A stretch of 64,000 nucleotides of DNA from Amphiscolops sp. MND2022 (Eukaryota): NCBI GenBank assembly GCA_964187785.1, contig OZ076409.1, forward strand, positions 85,252,001 to 85,316,000, read 5' to 3'. Positions 53,385 to 64,000 of the stretch are shown here, in pieces. The notes beneath the pieces are model-generated. The model had not been told where the DNA came from and did not search any database. It worked only from the letters and a program-made list of their open reading frames with translations. Position 1 is the first letter of the stretch. Every line of letters starts with the position of its first letter. The position numbers and the translations under genes are program-made.

Positions 53385-55829
53385 TCCAGCTTCAGATAGG
53401 TTAAAACTGCTTGACTGGAACTCTTTTTGTACCCGAAATTAGTCTCAGGGTCACAGTCAAGATGCGTTCTAAGGGTTACAGCGTGCTGAAAATTGCTCCA
53501 CGCCTTTCACGCTGTGCGTTGAGCTAGAAAATTGTGCGCTCGAGCACAATGATGTTGTCGTGTCGGATAGTGTACACGAAACAAGCAGTCGCGAGCTGTC
53601 TATTGACCTCTCAACCTCAAGCAATTTCGGTGTGTTGCAACCACCCAAAAAGTGTTCTCTGCAGAAGTGACCTGTTAATCGGTGTTTGTTTTACCTGGCA
53701 TAGCAGGAAAACACCAAATTGGGGCACCAGAGTGGTCAAAAGTGGTTCACACTCGGGCAACTTGGTTAAATTTTTGTCTCTAGGAGGTGACTTCTAAAAA
53801 AATCTCGTGATTTTGGTTAAGTTGGATCCCTCAGGGTAGTTTCAGGAAATTCAAACCCCTGTTTGGGCTCACAGCGTAACGCCTTGAGACGTTCTCAATG
53901 ACAAAATTCAGTCGGAAGTGCGCCGCAATCAATTATAACCTCCAATTGAGACTTTATTAGAACCAAATTTCAAAGTTTCAGTGGAGTCAAAATTTATGAC
54001 CCCTGCCGGCAATTTTTTTGAACCGTGGGATTTGCCTCGTTTGCACCCAGGGAGGCCCACCAGGTCCCTTCGGTTGGAAAATGAAGGCTTTTGGTCTCTG
54101 CCTTCCGTACAGAGGGAGTACTAAGCTTTTATGTTTTCGTTTTTCCGACGGTTTTTCGGAATTTTGGCCCAAACGTGTCTCTGAGCACAGTCAAACTCAG
54201 TTCTATCAGGCGTACTGGGTGGAAAAATGCACATCACGTTTTCTCAGTCACACAAGTTGGAAAAATGACCTGACAAAGCTGATAAATACCTCCAGCTACA
54301 AGCTAGAGACTTTTTAACCAATTTTTTGAAATTTTCAATTTTTTTGAAAATTATTCAAGTGGCTCGTACTAAGAGTGGAAACGTAGGATCGGGCTCAAAA
54401 AGTAGCCACGTGGTCCCTCTTATAACCAGGTGCACTGCAATAAGCACCGATGGGGTCTCAGACTATTGGATCAGTTTCAGACATAGTACAGGCAGGCTTT
54501 CCGTATCGACGTGTCTCAACTGATCCGATTTTTCAGTGTGCAATCAATGACTCTCGTCCACAATGCTGAGCTCTCAACAACGCAGCACAGTCAATACTGG
54601 CCACGAATCGCACGTATAGCAATGAATTCACGACCAAGAGTTCTGACAAGGGGGTTTTCCGCAGGTCTCTAACTCGTATGGCTGGGTTTAACCCCACTTT
54701 CCCAATTCTCGTCTCGGTGAAACCTTAAGTCAAAATCACAATATGCACGTCTCAAGTTGGTCGAAATCAATTCTATGGGTCGGAACGAGTTCAAATTCAC
54801 CCACGTAGTTGATACCAACCCACAAGTCCAGAAAATGAGTTTGGTTCAGAGTAACACGTTCTCTGAGACAAGCACGCGACGTTTACAACAAATTTTGATC
54901 TTTCTCGGAGAGTACAAAAAAACACAAGTTGTTCGGATTCGTCACTCGACAGTCGAATCTGGCTCAAAATTGACCAGGAGATCTTGCACACTCGTAGGTA
55001 CACGGAATTGAGCGCAGAGTTGGGTTCCGTGACCTGTACACACTTTCCCTTGGGTACAGACGTGCGGTACTCCTGTGTATCAGTAGGGGTCAAAATGCAC
55101 TCTAATCACACAATTTCTGAGCACTGGTTGCGGTTAGTGGTCTAGTTTTTCCGCTAGCAGTGTGCCAACTAATATCGGTTGCGTTGGTGAGCAATAAACT
55201 GTTCTCACTCTCCGGCTAAGGTATCCGGGTCTTTCCAAAAAAACTGAAAAAAACGGCCTTTTGCACCTGTTTTTCTGCAGTACGTTTCCGTCAATTTCTC
55301 AACGAATACTGCACCGATCGGCACGAAACTTGATACACGTTCCCAGTGGGCACCCACAATGCTGGTATCACAGCTCAATGGAAGCTCTCGAGTTTACCGG
55401 GAACTTGGGCTAGGCGTGGACACGATCTTAGAAAAAACTGTCTTTTTTGACACTTTTTTCACAAATCGGCAACGAGGGTCAACACTACAAATGTTACGGC
55501 AGGGTCAGTGGGGTTAACGTGTTGCCCCACTGGTCACAGTACTGCCACAAGCCCTCAATTAACCGTGCCCGTTAGGTATAAGGCACTGTCGGTCCTACAA
55601 TTTTAGAAAATTTCGGCTATTTTAGCTCGTTCTGATGTCGAAACGTCAGAGAGCTTTTCTCAACTTTGGTTGGCGCCATGTCCACCAAACTTTCGGTGCG
55701 AGCGTTTATTTTAGTGGTGGTTGCGAAAAGGCAACCACTTTTTTTGCTATGGTTCGGGAATCTATGACCCGACCCTAACAATTGGACAGTCCGGTTCTGT
55801 GGAAATTTGGCCAAATTCAGTGCGTTTTT

Positions 55830-56200
55830 CCACTTTTCTCAGCACTGAATGGGAGTTTTACATGCGGTTTTCACCACTACACGTTGTTTTTTATAGAAAA
55901 ACAGGAAATGAGAGCGCATAGGCTCCTAGCTAACAAAAAGACGGAGTGCCCTGGGGGTTTTAATTGTGTACTCAGACACTCCTGAAACTGGCTAAAAATC
56001 AGGGTTTTTCAACTTTTGTCAGCACTGAAAAGGAATTTTTGCACGCGGTTTTCACCACTATGCGTTATTTTTATTGTTAAAACAGAAAATGAGAGCGCAT
56101 AGGCTCCCAGGACTCGAAAACACTAAGTGCCCTAGAGGTTTTAATTTTGCACTCTGGTATTCCTGAAACTGGCCAAAAATCAAGGTTTTTGGACCTGTGA
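55830..56200. repeat. Two diverged ~180-bp tandem units in the element leader (again at ~62015-62400)
   Basis: AAATGAGAGCGCATAGGCTCC and TCCTGAAACTGG each recur about 180 bp apart. Confidence 0.8.
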
Positions 56201-58105
56201 TCACTAAGAAAAGGTTACAAACTCTTCTAAATCCTGTTTTTGGTACTGTGGAGTGTGCCTCCAACTGTCAGTAGCATAGAAGAGGCAATTACATCACTAT
56301 CTGGCACTCTCCCAGTAGCATTTCATGGTGGTTTTAATGCCAATTTCGGAGAAAATTGGGTTTTTTCATACAAAATGCGTCCCAAAAAGGACTCCAACGG
56401 CCTTTTTGGTAATCTTTTCATTATGTAACAGTACCCTAGAGGTTTGAGCTGCTTTCCATTAATTTTTGCAACCTCTATGACAAAAATCTAGAGCGCCTAG
56501 GCTCGTACCAAGAAAAACACTCAAAAATGACAAAATTGACGTTTTTGCTACTTTTGCACCCAAAATTGGACTTTTCTCACTGACAACGGTTGCAAAAGCA
56601 CTCACTAGGTTGCAGCAGGAAAAAACTAGCATGAACAAATGATCTAAACTGCGAAATTTAGCGCATGGGCTAGCTAAAAACAGTAGAAACACATCAAAAT
56701 AGGCACGAATATGCCGTAGGCACAAAATGGGTAGCATAATGCTGAAAATCGGTAAAAACCGGAGTTAGCACCTCAAAAAGAGTCTATTTATGAGTTTTCT
56801 ACGCGTATAGGCTTCTACACTCCGTGTTCCCGTTCGGTCGTCTCCGCGGGCGGCTTGCTTCGTCTTCTGAATTGATTTTTGACAGGTACTTTGGCCAAAG
56901 CATGCTCAATTTACCACGTCAGATTTGAACGAATTTTTGGTCGCTTTTTCTGAAAACTCGTTGTACCACAGGCGTCCGTTACATCCACTCCCCGGGTCTT
57001 AGGCATGACGTCCCTGTCATGCGGAGAAGATGGAAACATCTCCACATTATTGCAATCCACTGGGAGTTCAAACTGATGTTTTTTGCAAGGGTCCAGTGGC
57101 ACTGTCATTTTTCACTGATTGGGCAACCTTGAGGTCTTGCCTCTTGCAATCCAGAAACCTGCATCGTCCACAAACTGTTGAAACAGAGCTAGCCCTCGAG
57201 TTAGAAAAAAAGTAATCAAAAATGCACCTTGAAATTGATCAAATCCCAGAAAAAGCACCAATTTGTTAGCACAATTTTTTTTTGCACCAGATTTGAATAT
57301 GATCTCTCTAGCACAGTGGTTGTTTGGACGTCTAAAATTTCTTTTTCAGAGTCCTCAGGCTCCAAAACGCACGTGGTTCTCATGGAAAACTTCTTCTCCA
57401 CGGCAGTAAAAACCCAGTTCCCAGAAAGTTAAAAGATGTTCTCGGTAAAACTTCTTTTCAGCGGAAAAACCACAGTTTAGAAGGAAAAAACAAGCTGTTT
57501 TTTTATTCTTCTTGTTCACAGTTTGGCTTGGATTGGGCAACACGCACTGATGTGAAACTCCATACCTGTAAAGAGTTCAGTAGCATCGGTTAAGCTGCGT
57601 ATAAGCAAACTACGAACTGCTCGCGAGTGTAAGCACTGGAATGAAGTAAGCCAGAGTAGACAAAATCCAGCAATTAAGATATTTGGAGCGCGCGAGCTCC
57701 AAAACTTCTGAGTGTCAGGTTGAAACTTGGAGAAAAAACTGAAAACCTTGGGAAAATTTTACGCACAAACAAAAGTAGCACCTTTTGGGCGAAGCAACAC
57801 ATGTTGAGTTTTTAAAGTTTCTGGGTTACTCATTGAATTGCCAGAAGTATTTGAACTCAAACTTCTCAAATAAAACTAAAAACAAAAATGTCGCGACGTA
57901 CGTTCACATGACTACTAAAGTTACGAATTAAGTAGCAGAAAAAACTGCTTCAATAAGAACATCACGCTGCAAGGTGTCCGTTACCAAACGTAGTGATATC
58001 CTCCGGGCGTTGTCCCATTGAGTTGAAGAGTGTAGGGTGTTTTTCCTCAACTGAGGCTCCCCGGGCCTTAATTGACTCCCCGGGTCTTAGTTGTCTCCCC
58101 GGGTT

Positions 58106-59431
58106 TTAGTCGATGAGCACCCTACTTGATATGAGGATAGCAGGAATTAGACAAAAATAGTGCCCAATACCCAAAATGCAGAACGATAAATTGGGTCTTG
58201 AACATGATCTTGGATAGTTATTCGGCGGGCGGCCACGCCTATGTCCCTTCGGTCGGTGTGACCATGACAGTAGAATGGTTTCCGCAGCTGAGCGTGGTGG
58301 ACGACCAAAACGACGTCCGTCATAAAAAGATAGGAGCACTGTTTGCAATGAGTGTTGTGGTCGACCACGTCTATGTCCAGCTGGTCGAGTTTTAGCTGAA
58401 CCACCAGGCAAGCCTGTGACAAAGATTGGTGGGTTTGCCAAAGTAATATTCGGCAGACCATGATTGGCAGAACGTGGCACAATAGATTCTTTCAACAAAT
58501 CCGGCAGCAACTTCGAAATTAATAATGGGGATTTTGTTCCAGGGAAGTGAGAGTCGCAAACCGAATCCAATGGAGTTGTCGATAGGTGATTTTGAAGAAA
58601 GTTTGGTGTTGGTGCTGTTTCAGCTTCCAACACAGCATTGGCAGATAGAATCCTCGTTGCGCAATTTGTTGCAGAGCAAGAATTTGGAGTTGAGGGTACC
58701 CTCTCCCCCTTCAATGATGAAGTGGAGGGTAAGGTTGTTATCAGTTCATCCTCCGTATCGCTTGTGCAGGGATTGCCCTCGAGCAATCCATAATCAGCAA
58801 GTGGATAAATGAGTAACGTATCAGCAATGCCCATGGTTGTAGTGTCCAAAAACATTGGGTCTACCCCCATATCTTTTGTAGGCGGTGTCATTGGTTCTAC
58901 TTGGGAGTCGTTTGGAATATTAATAGTGGCACTTTCGAAGTGTGCTGCTACACTTATCGACTGCAATTGCGCTAGCGCTCGAGCTAGCAATTTCTCTCTG
59001 CGTAGATCGCTTTGTGCCAAAAAGGTTGATAACTCATCCATCTGCTGCTCCAGGGTCTCTAGCGTTTGGTTCACTGCCTGACAAGTCTGAAAACTGGTCT
59101 CATGGAGAAAAGACATTCTCGACGACGATACTGAACAAAGACTAGACGCCTTTATGCTCATCTCCGGCTCGATATCTTGAGAGTTAAATGGCATTGAGTC
59201 TAGAAAATCGGAGACAAGTTTGAAACTATCCTCCAAAGGCCAATCTTACAAGTTCAGATCCTCTAACTTCGTCGATCGGTCATGTTCATCTACCATTTGA
59301 GATTCACATTCTGTTTTCAAAACGGGTTCAGCGATAGGCGGTGCTGCACTGACATCCTCTCCCCCCTTGAAAAAGGAACGGAAGCGGTCTAAGACCTTCC
59401 ACAAATTCATTCCAGCTTCAGATATGATCAA
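58106..59431 (-). pseudogene. Second copy of the unknown ORF, one in-frame stop at 59246-59248 and a 15-bp in-frame deletion
   Basis: ORFs 59246..59431 and 58106..59236 are in the same frame; the TAA is GAA in the first copy. Confidence 0.7.
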
Positions 59432-62400
59432 ACTGCTTGACTGGAACTCTTTTTGTACCCGAAATTAGTCTCAGGGTCACAGTCAAGATGCGTTCTAAGG
59501 GTTACAGCGTGCTGAAAATTGCTCCACGCCTTTCACGCTGTGCGTTGAGCTGGAAAATTGTGCGCTCGAGCACAAAGATGTTGTCGTGTCGGATAGTGTA
59601 CACGAAACAAACAGTCGAGCTGTCTATTGACCACTCAACCTCAAGCAATTTCGGTGTGTTGCAACCACCCAAAAGTGTTCTCTGCAGAAGTGACCTGTTA
59701 ATCGGTGTTTGTTTTACCTGGCATAGCAGGAAAACACCAATTTAGGGCACCAGAGTGGTCAAAAGTGGTTCACACTCGGGCAACTTGGTTAAAATTTTGT
59801 CTCTAGGAGGTGACTCCTATCAAAATCTCGTGATTTTGGTTAAGTTGGATCCCTCAGGGTAGTTTCAGGAAATTCAAACCCCTGTTTGGGCTCACAGCGT
59901 AACGCCTTGAGACGTTCTCGATGAAAAAACTCAGTCGGAAGTGCGTCGCAATCAATTAAAACCTCCGATTGAGACTTTATTAGAACCAAGTTTCAAAGTT
60001 TCAGAGGAGTCAAAATTTATGACCCCTGCCGGCAATTTTTTTTGCACGGATTTGCCTCGTTTGCACCCAGGAAGGCTCACCAGCTCCCTTCGGTTGGAAA
60101 ATGAAGGCTTTTGGTCTCTGCCTTCCGTACAGAGGGAGTACTAAGGTTTTATGTTTTCGTTTTTCCGACGGTTTTTCGGAATTTTGGCCCAAACGTGTCT
60201 CTGAGCACAGTCAAACTCAGTTCTATCAGGCGTACTGGGTGGAAAAATGCACATCACGTTTGCTCAGTCACACAAGTTGGAAAAATGACCTGACAAAGCT
60301 GATAAATACCTCCAGCTACAAGCTAGAGACTTTTTAACCAATTTTTTGAAATTTTCAATTTTTTTGAAAATTATTCAAGTGGCTCGTACTAAGAGTGGAA
60401 ACGTAGGATCGGGCTCAAAATGTAGCCACGCGGTCCCTCGTATAACCAGGTGCACTGCAATAAGCACTGATGCTATTGGTCTCAGACTATTGGATCAGTT
60501 TCAGACACAGTACAGGCTTTCCGTATCGACGTGTCTCAACTGATACGATTTTTCAGTGTGCAATCAATGACTCTCGTCCACGATGCTGAGCTCTCGTGCG
60601 CCATTTTTCAACAACGGTGCACCAAATGACACTGACAACAATGGTCCAAAACAATGTGGTCCCAACTTTCCCAATGAGGTGCGCCGAGAACTCCCAAAAA
60701 TGGTCCAATTCGTTACAATACACAGGATATCACAACTGTAAGTAGCAAAATGCTATGTCCCAACAAAGCAGCACAATCAATACTGGCCACGAATCGCACG
60801 TATAGCAATGAATTCACGACCAAGAGTTCTGACAAGGGGGTTTTCCGCAGGTCTCTACCTCGTATGGCTGGGTTTAACCCCACTTTCCCAATTCTCGTCT
60901 CGGTGAAACCTTAAGTCAAAATCACAATATGCACGTCTCAAGTTGGTCGAAATCAATTCTATGGGTCGGAACGAGTTCAAATTCACCCACGCAGTTGATA
61001 CCAACCCACAAGTCCAGAAAATGAGTTTGGTTCAGAGTAACACGTTCTCTGAGACAAGCACGCGACGTTTACAACAAATTTTGAACTTTCTCGGAGAGTA
61101 CAAAAAAACACAAGTTGTTCGGATTCGTCACTCGACAGTCGGATCTGGCTCAAAATTGACCAGGAGATCTTGCACACTCGTAGGTACACGGAATTGAGCG
61201 CAGAGTTGGGTTCCGTGACCTGTACACACTTTCCCTTGGGTACAGACGTGCGGTACTCCTGTGTATCAGTAGGGGTCAAAATGCACTCTAATCACACAAT
61301 TTCTGAGCACTGGTTGCGGTCAGCCGTCTAGTTGTTCCGCTAGCAGTGTGTCAATTAGTATCGGTTGCGTTGGTGAGCAATAAACTGTTCTCACTTTCCG
61401 GCTAAGGTATCCGGGTCTTTCCGAAAAAACTGAAAAAACGGCCTTTTTGTACCTGTTTTTCTGCAGTACGTTTCCGTAAATTTCTCAACGAATACTGCAC
61501 CGATCGGCTCGAAACTTAATACACGTTCCCAGTGGGCACCCACAATGCTGGTATCACAGCTCAATGGAAGCTCTCGAGTTTACCGGGAACTTGGGCTAGA
61601 CGTGGACACGATCTTTGAAAAAACGGTCTTTTTTAGCACTTTTTTCACAAATCGGCTAAGAGGGTCGACACTACAATTGTTACGGCAGGGTCAGTGAGGT
61701 TAACGTGTTGCCCCACTGGTCACAGTACTGCCACAAGCCCTCAATTAACCGTGCCCGTTAGGTATAAGGCACTGTCGGTCCTACAATTTTAGAAAAGTTC
61801 GGCTATTTTAGCTCGTTCTGATGTCGAAACGTCAGAGAGCTTTTCTCAACTTTGGTTGGCGCTAGGTCCACCAAACTTTCGGTGCGAGCGTTTATTTTAG
61901 TGGTGGTTGCGAAAAGGCAACCACTTTTTTGCTAGGGTTCGGGAATCTATGACCCGACCCTAACAATTGGACAGTCCGGTTCTGTGGAAATTTGGCCAAA
62001 TTCAGTGCGTTTTTCCACTTTTCTCAGCACTGAATGGGAGTTTTTACATGCAGCTTTCACCACTACACGTTATTTTTTATAGAAAAAGAGGAAATGAGAG
62101 CGCATAGGCTCCTAGCTAACAAAAAGACGGAGTGCCGTGGGGTTTTAATTGTGTACTCAGACACTCCTGAAACTGGCTAAAAATCAGGGTTTTTCAACTT
62201 TTCTCACCACTGGAAAGGAATTTTTGCACGCAATTTTCACCACGTTATTTTCACCACGTTTCACCTGCGTTATTTTTATTGTAAAAACAGAAAATGAGAG
62301 CGCATAGGCTCCCAGGACTCGAAAACACTAAGTGCCCTAGAGGTTTTAATTTTGCACTCTGGTATTCCTGAAACTGTTCAAAAATCAAGGTTTTTGGACC

Positions 62401-64000
62401 TGTGATCACTAAGAAAACGTTACAAACTCTTCTAAATCCTGTTTTTGGTACTGTGGAGTGTGCCTCCAACTGTCAGTAGCATAGAAGAGGCAATTACATC
62501 ACTATCTGGCACTCTCCCAGTAGCATTTCATGGTGGTTTTTTGCCATTTTCGCCAAAAATTGGGTTTTTTCATACAAAATGCGTCCCAAAAAGGACTCCA
62601 ACGGCCTTTTTGGTATTCTTTACATTATGTAACAGTACCCTAGAGGTTTTGAGCTGCTTTTCATCCCTTTTTGCAACCTCTGTGATAAAAATCTAGAGCG
62701 CCTAGGCTCGTACCAAGAAAAACACTCAAAAATGCTAAAATAGACGTTTTTGCTACTTTTGCACCCAAAATCGGACTTTTCTCACTGACAACTGTTGCAA
62801 AAGCACTCACTAGGTTGTTGCAAGGAAAAACTAGCATGAACAAATGATTCCCCAATAAAAATTACACAATCGAAAAAAAATTTTCATACCATACTCCAAA
62901 AAATTGATTATTCCGGAATGAGGGGTGTTACCTTCGTTGTCTTCTTTCTCAACATCCACACCAGCTAGAGAAAAACTGTTTAAACTGTCAGCAACGTCAA
63001 CACTTGTTCTACCTTTCCACCAAATTCCATCCTTCTATGACGTCTGTAGCAGAAATGGGAGAGGAGAGTCGGGAACACTCGTTTCAGCTCATCTATCAGT
63101 CAGATGGAATATGGCGCATCCATCAATCGAATACCTCGTACATAGCTAAAAACGCTGAAATGAGCTGTAAAACACATGTTACAACATGCGTAACGGCTTT
63201 CTAGCGGTTCGCTAAGCCATTACAAAGGTACCCGCTGATGGGAACGTGCAATTTTAGACGATACCTGTCAACAAATACCTGTTATCAAAACATACCATAG
63301 GTATTCGGAAAAATCCCGTGAAAGATTGGAAAAATACCAAAATATAAGATGATATCATCTGAAAAACATGGAAAAACTCTGGGTAAACGTCTCCTTCCAG
63401 AGCCAAATCGTTCTTGGCGTCAAACACCAGAGGGCCGGAAATTTTAAAACCATGAAAGAAAGCTTCCCAAAGACGATCTCTCTGTGGTCGCCAAAAAATG
63501 AAGTTCCATGTAACGGCAAGCGCTAAGCGTTTGGGACGAAACATTGGAGTGGAGGAACTGACACTATGGATATGGTCCGGGACAAACCACCATAGCACCA
63601 GCTCACTTTGTCCTCCTGTGGGTAGCCGGTCCCGAGGAGGGGAACCGTCTTAAAGGATGCTCTCCGGCCTGTTCCAGTCTGTAACTGCTACTAGTCACAT
63701 GTAATACGCTTTTTCCTCGTATCCACTGTGTAAATAGCCTTTAAAAACAATGCCAAGGATAAACAGTGTAAATTTCCAATTCCAGGGTGAAATTCCAGGG
63801 TGACATGTGAATAAGGTCTAAAATGGGTACTAAGATCTAAACTGCGAAAACTAGCGCATGGACTAGCTAAAAACAGTAGAAACACATCCAAATAGGCACG
63901 AATATGGCCAACCACACAGCTACAAGCTGGGGCGCAGGGACTCCAAGCACCAAAAAAGGATAATGAAGCGAAAAGACGCATTTTTCCGGTTCTTGCTACT

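Larger units (their letters stand above)
50198..64000 (-). mobile_element. Large non-autonomous LTR retrotransposon as a three-LTR tandem (5' LTR 63509 to beyond window; internal 56984-63508; partial middle LTR 56641-56983; internal 50947-56640; 3' LTR 50198-50946)
   Basis: 749-bp LTR with termini TGTAACGG...CCGTTACA; PPT GGGGAGTGGA abutting LTR starts at 50946 and 56983; PBS-like TGGCGACCACAGAGAG from 63493; two highly similar internal copies; no RT/IN/PR motifs. Confidence 0.9.

Noticed and set aside
53688..53720. U1 snRNA-like TTACCTGGCA
   Set aside because: Only ~10 nt match; no U1 stem-loops or Sm site recognisable.
62930..63700. Ancient spliced gene (CRYME..GDH, PLVFDAKND, ISGYLCNG shared among diverged copies)
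   Set aside because: It overlaps the LTR end and PBS, similarity appears in several frames with stops, and nucleotide homology explains it. A codon-level test would be needed.
1..64000. Most 60-150 aa ORFs in the supplied track as genes
   Set aside because: They are antisense or off-frame shadows of transposon relics, often with non-ATG starts and no recognisable domains.

Overview
AT-rich, repeat-saturated eukaryotic (probably invertebrate animal) DNA with a 200-N assembly gap at 28080-28279. I found no intact host gene, rRNA, tRNA or CRISPR array; nearly everything recognisable is nested transposon sequence. (1) A young non-autonomous LTR element at 7512-12520 has ~99% identical 1.63-kb LTRs and a GTTAC target-site duplication. 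(2) Two decayed Ty3/Gypsy gag-pol elements lie at ~20.1-31.1 kb (+) and ~42.3-48.8 kb (-). (3) A large minus-strand three-LTR tandem element runs from 50198 past the window end. It has no gag/pol but carries an unrecognised ~439-codon coiled-coil/AT-hook-like ORF, and it shares its LTR, an offset tRNA-Arg-type PBS and a multi-kb leader with the sequence in front of the + strand Gypsy gag. (4) Also present are Merlin-like and CMC/CACTA-like non-autonomous DNA elements, Helentron-associated (HINE-like) repeats, LINE and MULE relics, and two ~124-bp palindromes. All alignments were made by eye, so identities and family assignments need computational confirmation.
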